Below are positions 9,071-21,899 of a DNA stretch of 64,000 nucleotides, piece after piece (the stretch's first letter is position 1; every line of letters starts with the position of its first letter). Origin of the DNA: Candidatus Eremiobacteria bacterium (GTDB taxonomy: Bacteria; Vulcanimicrobiota; Vulcanimicrobiia; Vulcanimicrobiales; Vulcanimicrobiaceae); assembly GCA_963737065.1 (NCBI GenBank), contig CAVTRC010000001.1, positions 576,001 through 640,000 on the forward strand. The letters are read 5' to 3'. The translations under genes were made by a program, and so were the position numbers. The notes under the pieces are model-generated. The model was not told the DNA's origin and did not search any database. It saw only the letters and a program-made list of their open reading frames with translations.

Positions 9071-10974
9071 CGATGTATCTCCTGACTGCGTTCGAGCACA
9101 CGCGAGACACGCTCGGCGACATGCTGCGCAGAGAGGCCGAAACGCGCGCGTTGGCTGGGTTGCGAATCGTGCTGTACGAGTTCGTCGGCTATGCCGATGC
9201 GTTCGACACGAACCTCCAGCCCGCGATCCGACACGCTCTCTACGACCGCTGAGCCGAAGCCGCCTGCGAGCGAGTGTTCTTCTAAGGTAAGAATCAACTC
9301 GTGATCGCCGGCAAGCGATTCGAGGAGCGCTGCATCGACCGGCTTCGCGAAGCGGGCGTTCACGACGGTCGGCAGCAGGTCGGAACGGCCGAATTCACCG
9401 CTCGCGAGCAACTCGTATGCGTCGAGCGCAACGTCGGCGGTGTTGCCGAGCGCAAGAATCGCAACACCGGAACCGCGGCGAAGCACCTCGGATTTTCCGT
9501 GTTCGATCGGCGCCGGTTGGTCGTGGTGGCGGCCGCTGCTCGAACCGCGCGGATAGCGAATGGCGGCCGGCGCGTTCAACGCCAGCGCGTGCTGGAGCAT
9601 CGGCAGCACTTCATCTTCGCTGCGCGGGGCCATCACCGTCATGTTCGGAAGCGTCCGCAAATATGCGACATCGTAGAGGCCCATGTGCGTCGGCCCGTCG
9701 TCGCCCACCACGCCGGCACGGTCCATGCAAAATACGACGGGCAGATTCTGCACGCAAACGTCGTGCACGACTTGATCGTACGCGCGCTGCAAGAACGTCG
9801 AGTAGATCGCGCAGACCGGTTTGAGGCCGTTCGTCGCAGCGCCCGCCGCCATGCACACCGCATGCGCTTCCGCGATGCCGACGTCGAAATACCGCGACGG
9901 AAATTGTTTTGCGAACTTTGAGAGTTTCGTTCCATCCGGCATAGCGGCGGTGATGCCGATGACCTTGGGATTCTTTTCGGCAACCGCGATCAGCGCGGAC
10001 GCGAACGCATCGGAGAACGTGGGGCGCGCGTCGGGTTTGACTTCGATTTTTCCGGTATCTGCGTCAAACGCGCCGGAGCCGTGGAACGTCCGCGAATCGC
10101 GCTCCGCCGGCAAGTACCCTTTGCCTTTGACCGTCCGCACGTGCAGCAGCACCGGACCCTCGAGCTGTTTCGCGGTTTCGAGCGCGTCGAGGAGCGTGTC
10201 GATGTTGTGTCCGTCGACGGGTCCCATGTAACGAAAACCAAGCTCTTCAAAGATGACCGCCGCTTTCTCCGACGGTGCGACGAAACGCATCGCGCCCATT
10301 TCGGCCGACGCAAACGCTTTGCGCGCCGCACCGCCAAACGGCATATGTCCGAACACGTCTTTCGCTTTTTCGCGCACGAACTGCGAGAACGGTTTTGCGC
10401 GCAGCACGGACAAATACGAGGCGACCGCACCGACGTTCGGCGCGATCGACATCTCGTTGTCGTTGAGGATAACGATGAAATTCGAATTCAGCGCCCCGGC
10501 GTTGTTGATCGCTTCGTACGCGAGCCCACCGGTCAATGCACCGTCACCGATGACCGCGACGATCGTTTCGTTGCCTCCCGCGAGATCGCGCGCAACCGCC
10601 ATCCCGTATGCCGCGGAAACCGACGTCGATGCATGGCCCGCACCAAACTGGTCGTACTGCGACTCGGTGCGCATCGCAAAACCGGAGATACCGCCGCCTT
10701 GACGCAGCGAGCCGAAACGGTCGCGGCGCCCGGTGAGAATCTTGTGCACGTACGCTTGATGGCTAACGTCCCAGACCAGTTTATCGTTCGGCACATCGAG
10801 CACGCGGTGCAATGCGATGGTCAGTTCAACGACGCCGAGGTTCGGGGCGAGATGCCCGCCGGTGCGCGAACAGGTCGCGACGAGCAGCTCGCGGATCTCA
10901 CGCGCCAGAGTGTCGAGGTCGTCGCGGCTCAGTGCTTTGAGATCGTCCGGAGAGTTGACGCGTTCAATCACCAT
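9067..10974 (-). CDS. dxs: 1-deoxy-D-xylulose-5-phosphate synthase; start at MVIERV
   Basis: GGHLAPNLGVVELT, WDVSHQAYVHK, GDGALTGG, DVGIAEAH, IYSTFLQRAYDQ, DRAG..DGPTH. Confidence 0.97.
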   Translation of the reverse strand: MVIERVNSPDDLKALSRDDLDTLAREIRELLVATCSRTGGHLAPNLGVVELTIALHRVLDVPNDKLVWDVSHQAYVHKILTGRRDRFGSLRQGGGISGFAMRTESQYDQFGAGHASTSVSAAYGMAVARDLAGGNETIVAVIGDGALTGGLAYEAINNAGALNSNFIVILNDNEMSIAPNVGAVASYLSVLRAKPFSQFVREKAKDVFGHMPFGGAARKAFASAEMGAMRFVAPSEKAAVIFEELGFRYMGPVDGHNIDTLLDALETAKQLEGPVLLHVRTVKGKGYLPAERDSRTFHGSGAFDADTGKIEVKPDARPTFSDAFASALIAVAEKNPKVIGITAAMPDGTKLSKFAKQFPSRYFDVGIAEAHAVCMAAGAATNGLKPVCAIYSTFLQRAYDQVVHDVCVQNLPVVFCMDRAGVVGDDGPTHMGLYDVAYLRTLPNMTVMAPRSEDEVLPMLQHALALNAPAAIRYPRGSSSGRHHDQPAPIEHGKSEVLRRGSGVAILALGNTADVALDAYELLASGEFGRSDLLPTVVNARFAKPVDAALLESLAGDHELILTLEEHSLAGGFGSAVVESVSDRGLEVRVERIGIADELVQHDSQPSQRARFGLSAQHVAERVSRVLERSQEIHR

Positions 10975-11045
10975 GTTGACCGGGCTGGGTTCGGCTCGAT
11001 CACGGGACCCTCCCCCGCTGCGCGCGCGCGTGCTATAGCCGCCCC

Positions 11046-11083
11046 ATTGCATGATTATTCGTCAGCGTGCATAAATATACAGT
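11046..11083 (+). promoter_or_regulatory. Tandem ARG boxes (ArgR operator)
   Basis: ATTGCATGATTATTCGTC, 2 bp, CGTGCATAAATATACAGT directly before the argF ATG; argR is in the operon. Confidence 0.8.
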
Positions 11084-12061
11084 ATGTACGCGGTAGCGCC
11101 GGCCTCACCGGCGGCCTTGCGGGGACGGCATCTTCTTCAGACGACGGATCTCGCGCCGGCAGAGCTCGCTGCGGTGGTGACGCTTGCCGCCGAGCTCAAG
11201 CGCGCTTCGGCGAACGCTTACCGTGCTGCATTGCGCGGGAGAACGCTCGCGCTGCTCTTTGAAAAACCGAGTCTTCGCACGCGTGTATCGTTCGAAGTGG
11301 CAATGACGCAGTTGGGCGGCGATACGCTCTTCGCATCGGGCGCCGAATTCATGGTCGGTTCGCGCGAGACGCCCGAAGATGCGGCGCGCGTGCTCTCACG
11401 TTACGTCGACGCGATCGTCGTGCGAACGCACGCGCATGCGCCGCTCGAACGATTCACCGCGTCGGCGAGCGTACCGGTCATCAACGGCTTATCCGCCGCC
11501 GCGCATCCCTGTCAAGCACTCGCCGACGTACTGACGATTCAAGAACGTTTCGGCACGCTGCGCGGACTGCACGTCGCGTATCTCGGCGACGCGAAAAACA
11601 ACGTCGCGCTTTCGCTCGCACAAGCAGCGGTAATGCTCGGCGCAACCGTGCATTTCGGCGCGCCTTCGACGCATCGGCCGCCGGAGAAAACGCTCGCGGA
11701 GCTCAACGCGCTCGGTGCGGCGAGCGGCGGACGCGTGCGTGCCTTCGGGACCGCAATTCGCTCGGTGCGTGGCGCCGACGTCGTCTATACCGACGTGTGG
11801 ACGTCGATGGGCGAGGAAGCGTACAGCGAACGCAATGAGGCGATGTTGCGGCCGTTCGCTGTGACCGATGAACTGCTCTCGTTCGCGCCGTCGCACGCGA
11901 TCTTCATGCATTGTCTCCCCGCTCATCGCGGCGAAGAAGTCGCGGAGTCGGTCATCGAGGGGCGGCAGAGCGTCGTCTTCGATCAAGCCGAAAACCGGCT
12001 CCACGCACAGAAAGCCTTGCTCTTCGCAGTGCTCGCCGATACGAAAGGATTTGCACCATGA
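11084..12061 (+). CDS. argF: Ornithine carbamoyltransferase
   Basis: FEKPSLRTRVSF, HPCQALAD, TDVWTSMG, FMHCLPAHRG, DQAENRLH. Confidence 0.96.
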   Translation: MYAVAPASPAALRGRHLLQTTDLAPAELAAVVTLAAELKRASANAYRAALRGRTLALLFEKPSLRTRVSFEVAMTQLGGDTLFASGAEFMVGSRETPEDAARVLSRYVDAIVVRTHAHAPLERFTASASVPVINGLSAAAHPCQALADVLTIQERFGTLRGLHVAYLGDAKNNVALSLAQAAVMLGATVHFGAPSTHRPPEKTLAELNALGAASGGRVRAFGTAIRSVRGADVVYTDVWTSMGEEAYSERNEAMLRPFAVTDELLSFAPSHAIFMHCLPAHRGEEVAESVIEGRQSVVFDQAENRLHAQKALLFAVLADTKGFAP

Positions 12062-12531
12062 AAGAGCGTCGCCAGCGCGCGATTCTCACGCTCGTCGCGA
12101 CGCGGCCCGTGCATTCGCAAGAAGAACTCGCGGCGCTGCTCGAGCGGCAAGGCTATGCCGCAACGCAGGCGACGGTCTCACGCGACGTCAAGGAACTCGG
12201 ACTCGTGAAGGTTCCGATTCGCGATGCCACGGCGGACGACGGGCTGTTCAAATATGTCGTGCCGAGCGCAACCGTCTCGTACGTCAGCCGTCTGCATCGT
12301 GTCGTCTCGGAAGTCGTCACGAATGTCGAAGGCGTGCTGAACCAGATCGTCATTAGAACCGGCCCGGGCAGCGCAATGATGGTCGCCTCCGCGGTCGACG
12401 AAGCCGGTTGGCCCGAGGTTCTCGGCACGATCGGCGGCGACGACACAATTCTCGTGATCGTTCGATCGCCGGACGTGATGCCCGTCGTCAAACAGCGCTT
12501 CATCGATTTGAAAGGATCGGCAGCTTCATGA
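12058..12531 (+). CDS. argR: Arginine repressor
   Basis: SQEELA..TQATVSRDVKELG, GTIGGDDT. Confidence 0.96.
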   Translation: MKERRQRAILTLVATRPVHSQEELAALLERQGYAATQATVSRDVKELGLVKVPIRDATADDGLFKYVVPSATVSYVSRLHRVVSEVVTNVEGVLNQIVIRTGPGSAMMVASAVDEAGWPEVLGTIGGDDTILVIVRSPDVMPVVKQRFIDLKGSAAS

Positions 12532-13745
12532 GCCGCATCGTGCTTGCGTATTCCGGCGGCCTCGATACGTCGGTGCTCCTCAAACGTCTGCTCCTCGAAG
12601 GTCATGAGGTCGTCGCGATGACGGCGGATCTCGGCGAATCGGACGCAATCTCCGGCCCCGGTGCGGCGGCGGAACTCGAACGCGTGCGCAGCAAGGCCCT
12701 CGCACTCGGTGCGCGTGATGCGGTCGTGATCGACGCGCGCGAACGATTCGTGCAGTCGTACGCGTTGCCCGCGCTTCGCGCAAATGCACTCTACGAGAGT
12801 CTTTATCCGCTCTCAGCCGCGCTATCGCGGCCGTTGATCGCTGCGCTTCTGGTCGAAACGGCGCATCAGCATAACGCCGATGCGGTAGCGCACGGCTGTA
12901 CCGGCAAAGGCAACGATCAAGTGCGCATCGAGCTCGGCGTGCGCGCGCTCGATCAACGTTTGACGGTGCGCGCGCCGCTGCGCGAGCAGCCGATGTCCCG
13001 TCCGGACGCGCTGACCTTTGCGGCGGAACATGGCGTGCCGGTCGCACACACGGCAGCAAAACCGTATTCCATCGATGCGAATCTTTGGGGACGATCGATC
13101 GAAGCGGGCGTGTTGGAAGATCCGTGGAACGCGCCGCCTGAAGACGCATACGCGTGGACGGCGTCGCCTTCGGCACAGCCGCCTCACGCCGACGAAGTCG
13201 TGATTCACTTCGAAGACGGTATCCCGTCGGTGAACGGTCTTATGTCGGTTCCACTGATCGCGTTCTTGAACGGCCTCGCCGGCTCGCACGGCATCGGACG
13301 TATCGACCTCGTCGAGGATCGCGTGATCGGCGTTAAATCGCGCGAAGTCTACGAAGCGCCCGCCGCAACGGTGCTCATTGCCGCGCATAAAGCGCTCGAA
13401 CGGCTCACGTTGACGCGCGACGAGCTGCGGTTCAAAGCGAGCGCGGACCAGAAATACGCCGAGCTCGCGTACGATGGTCTGTGGCATTCGCCGCTGCGCG
13501 ACGCGCTCGATGCGTTCAACGCATCGTTGGCGAAGCGCGTCACCGGCGAGGTTCGCGTGCGTCTGCATCACGGTAGCGCCGTTGCGACGGGCGTGCGTTC
13601 GCCCTTCGCGCTGTACGACGAGCATCTTGCAACGTATGGCCACGGCGATGCATTCGATCATGACGCAGCCGGCGGGTTCATTCGCTGTTACGGTTTGCCG
13701 CTCGACCGCGTGGCGCAACTGTCGCAAACGATGACGACGGCGTGA
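12528..13745 (+). CDS. argG: Argininosuccinate synthase
   Basis: LAYSGGLDTS, HGCTGKGNDQVR, YSIDANLWGRSIE, KSREVYEAP. Confidence 0.97.
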   Translation: MSRIVLAYSGGLDTSVLLKRLLLEGHEVVAMTADLGESDAISGPGAAAELERVRSKALALGARDAVVIDARERFVQSYALPALRANALYESLYPLSAALSRPLIAALLVETAHQHNADAVAHGCTGKGNDQVRIELGVRALDQRLTVRAPLREQPMSRPDALTFAAEHGVPVAHTAAKPYSIDANLWGRSIEAGVLEDPWNAPPEDAYAWTASPSAQPPHADEVVIHFEDGIPSVNGLMSVPLIAFLNGLAGSHGIGRIDLVEDRVIGVKSREVYEAPAATVLIAAHKALERLTLTRDELRFKASADQKYAELAYDGLWHSPLRDALDAFNASLAKRVTGEVRVRLHHGSAVATGVRSPFALYDEHLATYGHGDAFDHDAAGGFIRCYGLPLDRVAQLSQTMTTA

Positions 13746-15118
13746 AGACGTCATTGCAATGGGGCGGCCGTTTCGGCGGCGCGCCGGATGCCGCGCTCCT
13801 CGCGTTCGGATCGTCGCTCGAAGACGACTTCGTCCTTGCGCCGTTCGACGTACGCGTTTCTCGCGCGCACGTCGCGGCGTTGTTCGCGGGCAACGTCATC
13901 GATGGCGCAAATGCCGCGATTCTCGACGGCGCGCTGCAACGGGTCGAGGGCGAGATCCAAGACGGCAGCTTTACGGCCTTCGCGCGCGCGGAGCCGTTCG
14001 AAGACATTCACGGCGCGATCGACGCTCGCGTGCGCGAACTCGAGCCCGAAGCCGGCGCGTCGCTGCATGCGGGGCGCAGCCGGAACGACCAAGTGGCGAC
14101 GACGCTGGCGCTCTATGCGGCCGATCGCGCGGTTCGCGGCGCGCGAATCGCCGGTTCGATCATCCGCCATATCAAGGAACTCGCCGAACGGGAATTGGCC
14201 GAAGAGACCATTCTCGCGGCAACCACGCACACGCAGCCGGCGCAACCGATATTGTTCGCGTTTTGGCTTGCAGCGATTGCCGAGCCGTTTGTGCGGGCGG
14301 CTCGGCGATTTGCAAACGTTGCGCACGATGCACGCCGTTTCTCGCCCCTGGGATCAGGAGCCGTCGCCGGATCGACGCTCCCGCTCCATCGCGGCGCAGC
14401 GAGCGCGATGCTCGGGTTTACGTCGCCGTCGCGAAACGCGATGGATTCGATCGGCACGCGCGACACGGCGCTCGACGTTGCACACGCATTCGTGCGCGCC
14501 GCTGCGGACGCATCGCGCGTTTCCGCCGAAGTAATCGTGTGGGCGACGCCCGCATTCGGTTACGTACACCTAGGCGACGGCTCGTCGACGGGTTCCAGCT
14601 TGATGCCGCAAAAACGCAACCCCGATACGTTCGAACTCGTTCGCGGCGGCGCATCCGAGTTGCTCGGTCTGTACACCGGCGCGGTTGCGTCCACGATCGG
14701 GATCGGCCCTTCGTATCATCGCGATCTGCAGCATACGAAGCGCATGACCATCGAGATATGCGAGCGCGGTACGATGCTGCTCGATGCATTTTTGCGGGCC
14801 CTCGTCGATACGTCGTTCGATCGTGAGGCAATGGCGCGCGACGCAAGCAACGGTTACACGGTTGCAACGGACATGGCCGACGAACTCGTTCGAAACGGCG
14901 TGCCGGCGCGCGACGCGCATGCGCGCATCGGCGAACTGGTATCACAGGCGGAACGCGAACGACGCCCGTTGGAAGGCGCACCGACTGCGCATGCGAGCGT
15001 TGCAATGAAAGCAACGAGCGGATCGACCTCACCGCAAGCGGTGCGCGTCGCGCTCGACGCATTGGCGAGAGAACTGGCGGAGATCGAAAGGGAGGTCAGC
15101 TCAACGGCCCCTAACTAG
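13742..15118 (+). CDS. argH: Argininosuccinate lyase
   Basis: WGGRF, EDIH, GRSRNDQV, GSSLMPQKRNPD. Confidence 0.95.
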   Translation: MKTSLQWGGRFGGAPDAALLAFGSSLEDDFVLAPFDVRVSRAHVAALFAGNVIDGANAAILDGALQRVEGEIQDGSFTAFARAEPFEDIHGAIDARVRELEPEAGASLHAGRSRNDQVATTLALYAADRAVRGARIAGSIIRHIKELAERELAEETILAATTHTQPAQPILFAFWLAAIAEPFVRAARRFANVAHDARRFSPLGSGAVAGSTLPLHRGAASAMLGFTSPSRNAMDSIGTRDTALDVAHAFVRAAADASRVSAEVIVWATPAFGYVHLGDGSSTGSSLMPQKRNPDTFELVRGGASELLGLYTGAVASTIGIGPSYHRDLQHTKRMTIEICERGTMLLDAFLRALVDTSFDREAMARDASNGYTVATDMADELVRNGVPARDAHARIGELVSQAERERRPLEGAPTAHASVAMKATSGSTSPQAVRVALDALARELAEIEREVSSTAPN

Positions 15119-15124
15119 GGCGCC

Positions 15125-15769
15125 ATGCACGATCCGTCCGTCGAGATCGTCCCGATCAAAAAGCGCCGGCCCTGGCGTGACCTCGCGCGCACGCTCTCGA
15201 CGGTGTTCAATCCGTTTCTGACATCGCTCGGGCTTTTTATTATCTTGGCGCACGCGAGCGCCCGCGGGACGCTCGACTTCTGGTGGCTGCTCGTGCTCTC
15301 GACGTTCTTCACGTCGATCGGTCCGATGCTCTACGTTTTCTGGCTCTACGGAACCGACCGGATCTCGGATCTCGACATGTCCGTCCGTCACGAGCGAGAG
15401 GCGGTCTTCGGTGCGTTCGTCGTCTTCTATCTGCTCGGCACGATCGCACTGTGGATAGCGCATTCGCCGCGGCTGATGATCGCGTCGATGGCCGCGTATA
15501 CGGTTTCGACATTGGTCGTGCAATACATCACGCGCTATTGGAAGATCAGCACGCACGCACTCGGCATCACCGCCCCGCTCGTGGTCCTTACGCTCTTGTA
15601 TGGCAATCAGACGCTTCCGTTCTGCGTTCTCATTCCGATGGTCGGTTGGGCACGCGTCTATCTCAAAGCGCATACCGTGATGCAAGTCGTGGCGGGCGCT
15701 GTGCTCGCATTCGGCTCGACCGTGCTGTTCTTTCACATCTTTCACGTTCGGGAAATCGTGGCACTCTAA
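15125..15769 (+). CDS. PAP2-superfamily membrane protein
   Basis: Several TM segments; WKISTHA and WARVYLKAHT..QVVAG. Confidence 0.75.
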   Translation: MHDPSVEIVPIKKRRPWRDLARTLSTVFNPFLTSLGLFIILAHASARGTLDFWWLLVLSTFFTSIGPMLYVFWLYGTDRISDLDMSVRHEREAVFGAFVVFYLLGTIALWIAHSPRLMIASMAAYTVSTLVVQYITRYWKISTHALGITAPLVVLTLLYGNQTLPFCVLIPMVGWARVYLKAHTVMQVVAGAVLAFGSTVLFFHIFHVREIVAL

Positions 15770-16438
15770 GTGGCGTCGCGAACGATCGTCACGCTCTTCG
15801 CGCTTGTCGCATTGACCGGCGTCAAACCCGTCTCATCCGACGGAGAAGCGACGGTGTATCTAAGCGGGAACTTCACCGGCGACTTCGACGTCGCATATAA
15901 GGCAACGCTTGCGCCCGCGCCGCACAACACGTCCCTGTCATGGCTGAGCATCTTACTCATCGGCAAAGTGATCCCGGGTTCGGGAACGTCGGTTGGAATC
16001 GCGAGCGGCGGTCCGCGGCAAAGCGTGACATCCGTCTATACCGATGTCACGTATCCGAACCTTAACGATACTTACAAACGCGAACGCGCAAACTGCACGA
16101 CGCGTTGCATCCTGGAACTGCGCGGTGATAAGCACACGATCTTCGCGCTTGTGAACGGTACGGAACTCGAGGCATGGCCACGCTCGATACTGCGGTTAAC
16201 GCGCCCCAGCATACAGCTCAACGCGGAGGTTCACGGCGTCGGCGACGTTCTTCAGGCGTCGCTGACACCCGTGCGAACGATCGCAGCGGGACGGCCGTTG
16301 CAACATCCTACGTGCGCCTTTACGACACGCGGTATCGAACCGAGCGGAACGCGCAATCTGAACTTCTCCGGTCGAAACCGCGACGCGCCCGGTGAGTTCG
16401 TTTCATTGACGACCGGAGCGCACGGCGAAAGGTGTTAA
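15770..16438 (+). CDS. Hypothetical exported protein
   Basis: Signal-like N-terminus; abuts the PAP2 gene. Confidence 0.6.
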   Translation: MASRTIVTLFALVALTGVKPVSSDGEATVYLSGNFTGDFDVAYKATLAPAPHNTSLSWLSILLIGKVIPGSGTSVGIASGGPRQSVTSVYTDVTYPNLNDTYKRERANCTTRCILELRGDKHTIFALVNGTELEAWPRSILRLTRPSIQLNAEVHGVGDVLQASLTPVRTIAAGRPLQHPTCAFTTRGIEPSGTRNLNFSGRNRDAPGEFVSLTTGAHGERC

Positions 16439-17592
16439 CGATTGCCTTTTGCCCATGGAAGAAAGCCGAATCCGTATGCAATGACGGAGCCGGCTGCGGC
16501 GAGCACGCAAAGCATCCGCGCGTTTCCGCCGACGAGCGCTGCGCCGGCCGTCGGCCCGACGATCATCGCGATGCTTCGGACCGAGTCGCTGACGCCCATG
16601 ATCGCTCCGCGCTCATCGCCCTTCGCGCGTTGAGAAAGCAGCGCCGTAATCGTCGGTTCAGCCGTCGCCGCACCAATCGCCCAGAGCACCATGGCGACGA
16701 GGAACAATAATTCGCCCGATACCAATGCGAGCGCAACGTACGCGAGCACACTAATGATGAGACCCGCCTGCAGCAGCGGCGTTTGTCCGAAGCGTTTTGC
16801 AAGGGGCGTTACGCCGGCGACGAGGGTGATTCCGCCGACCACGGCCGCAACGGCGAGCAAGTACGATGCTTTGCTGGGATTCATCTGCAGCACGCGGTTT
16901 GCATAGAGTGCGAAGTTCGACAGATAGCAGACCACGCCGAAGATAAAGAAAAATTGCCGCACGAGAATATTGCGAACGCCCGGCGCCGCGGTCGCTTTGA
17001 GCGAAGCGAGGATCGTGGTCTTCTTCTCGGTCGTCGTTCTATTCGGGAGAAAAAATCCGGTGAACACCAGATTGAGCGCTTCCAAGCCGGCCGCCACGAA
17101 GAACGGGATCGCGATGCTGCGCGCCATTAGCGCGCCCGACGTTACGGGGCCAACAATGAACGCAAGCCCGAACACCGCACCGTAAAGCGCGTATGCCTGC
17201 TCGCGCTTTTCGGGCTGCGTGACGTCGGCAATGTAGGATTCCGCCGCACCAAGGCTTCCGCCACCACACCCGGAGATCACGCGCGCGAGAAAAACGAGCC
17301 ACAACACGTGCGAGAGCGCGAGCAGCAAATATCCGGCAAGCGATAATACCTGTGCCGTCATGATGATCGTTTTGCGCCCGAGGCGATCGCTCAGCTTTCC
17401 CCATATCGGCGCGGCGATCGCCGAGCACACGGCCGGAACGCTGAGCAACGCGCCACCGACGATCGGTGACGCATGATACTGCCGCACGAGTACGGGAAGC
17501 AGCGGAATCATCAACGTGTAGCCGAGCGTATCGACCAGCGTCGTGCCGTAGATCGGGACGATCGCGAACGGAAGACCGAACGTCCGACGCAC
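16435..17592 (-). CDS. MFS transporter (TetA/DHA1-like); probable GTG start 17592
   Basis: WGKLSDRLGRK motif A; about 12 hydrophobic segments. Confidence 0.88.
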   Translation of the reverse strand: MRRTFGLPFAIVPIYGTTLVDTLGYTLMIPLLPVLVRQYHASPIVGGALLSVPAVCSAIAAPIWGKLSDRLGRKTIIMTAQVLSLAGYLLLALSHVLWLVFLARVISGCGGGSLGAAESYIADVTQPEKREQAYALYGAVFGLAFIVGPVTSGALMARSIAIPFFVAAGLEALNLVFTGFFLPNRTTTEKKTTILASLKATAAPGVRNILVRQFFFIFGVVCYLSNFALYANRVLQMNPSKASYLLAVAAVVGGITLVAGVTPLAKRFGQTPLLQAGLIISVLAYVALALVSGELLFLVAMVLWAIGAATAEPTITALLSQRAKGDERGAIMGVSDSVRSIAMIVGPTAGAALVGGNARMLCVLAAAGSVIAYGFGFLPWAKGNR

Positions 17593-17605
17593 GCGGTCTA
17601 CGGCA

Positions 17606-20530
<2,925 letters not shown>

Positions 20531-21805
20531 TTATGACGATAAAACGCTGTCGATCGCTTCACCCACGCGTCGCAGCGCCTCATCGAGTGTATCGTCGTCG
20601 ATTACCAGCGGCACCAGCGTCCGAATGACGTTCCCCGCTCCCGCGGGCATCAACAGAACACCGCGCTCTCGAGCCCGCTCCACGATACGCGGAACGATTG
20701 CTTCGCGCGTTTCGCAAAACTCGATCGCCATCATGGCTCCTATTCCGCGGATCTCGAAGACGTCGCGCGGAAAACGCCGCGCTGCATCTTCGAACGCTGC
20801 GCGAACGCGCGCGCCGATTGCGTCGGCGCGTGCTAAAAACGCATCATCCATCATGTTAAGCGTCGCGAGCGCCGCCGCGCACGCAACCGGATTCCCCGCA
20901 TACGTTCCACCGAGACCACCGGGCGCCGGTGCGTCCATGATGTCCGCCTTGCCGATCACGGCCGCCAGCGGCAATCCGCCGGCCAGAGATTTTGCAACGG
21001 TGATGATGTCCGCTTCGATGCCGGCATGTTCGATTGCGAAGGTGCGGCCGGTTCGTCCGAAGCCGCTTTGAATCTCGTCACAAACGAGCACGATGCCGTA
21101 TTCCGTGCAGATATCTCGCAGCACGTTCAAAAAAGCGGGCGGCGCTGCAACGAATCCGCCTTCGCCGAGTACCGGCTCGATGATGATGCACGCAACGCGT
21201 TCCGGCGCGAGCGTGCTTTCAAACGTCTCCGCCAACGCATCCAAGACGCGCTCGGTCGTCAAACCGTGCGCGTCATGCGGATACGGCACGTGCGCGATTT
21301 CGCCGCAAAACGGGCCGAAATTTTGTTTGTACGGCTCGTTCTTGCCCGTCATCGAGAGCGCGAGCAGCGTACGCCCGTGATAGCCGTGTTGAAATGCGAT
21401 CACACCGGGTCGCCCGGTATACGCGCGCGCAATTTTTACGGCGTTCTCCGTGGCTTCCGACCCGGTCGTCAGCAGTAACGTCTTCTTCGGAGTGGATCCG
21501 GGTGCAAGGGCATTGAGCTTCTCCGCGAGCTCGACGTATGGCTCGTACGACGTGACTTGAAAGCAAAGATGCGTGAACCGCTCGGCCTGATCGCGTACTC
21601 GCTCGACGATCGCCGGGTTCGTATGTCCCGCGTTGAGCACGCCGATGCCGCCGACGAAGTCGATATACTCGCGACCGTCGGCGTCCCAGACCCGCGCGCC
21701 CTCGCCACGGACGATCGAGATCGGATGCACGCAGCCGACACCGCGCGGCACATTCGCCGAGCGGCGGCGCGCGATCTCGGCCGACGCGGAGCGTACGGCC
21801 TGCAT
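20531..21805 (-). CDS. gabT: 4-aminobutyrate aminotransferase
   Basis: DFVGGIGVLNAGH, THLCFQV, TGSEATENAVKIARAYTGR, EPVLGEGGF, DEIQSGFGRTG, AKSLAGGLPL, PGGLGGTYAGNP. Confidence 0.92.
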   Translation of the reverse strand: MQAVRSASAEIARRRSANVPRGVGCVHPISIVRGEGARVWDADGREYIDFVGGIGVLNAGHTNPAIVERVRDQAERFTHLCFQVTSYEPYVELAEKLNALAPGSTPKKTLLLTTGSEATENAVKIARAYTGRPGVIAFQHGYHGRTLLALSMTGKNEPYKQNFGPFCGEIAHVPYPHDAHGLTTERVLDALAETFESTLAPERVACIIIEPVLGEGGFVAAPPAFLNVLRDICTEYGIVLVCDEIQSGFGRTGRTFAIEHAGIEADIITVAKSLAGGLPLAAVIGKADIMDAPAPGGLGGTYAGNPVACAAALATLNMMDDAFLARADAIGARVRAAFEDAARRFPRDVFEIRGIGAMMAIEFCETREAIVPRIVERARERGVLLMPAGAGNVIRTLVPLVIDDDTLDEALRRVGEAIDSVLSS

Positions 21806-21811
21806 ACGCCT

Positions 21812-21889
21812 AGCCTACGGTACCGCCAGGCTGCCCCTCTACGTGCCGTCGAACCAATTTTTGCTCGATTCTTCGTGTGCGGGCACCAA
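21812..21889 (-). promoter_or_regulatory. gabT promoter: -10 TAGGCT plus two TTGG-N8-CAC boxes
   Basis: Boxes at 21843-21857 and 21875-21889; -10 at 21817-21812, 6 nt before ATG; same layout at 35306-35382. Confidence 0.6.
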
Positions 21890-21899
21890 GGAGCGCCGA

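Noticed and set aside
11019..11033. Second RY run (15 bp) in the dxs/argF divergent region
   Set aside because: Short enough to arise by chance in CG-rich DNA.
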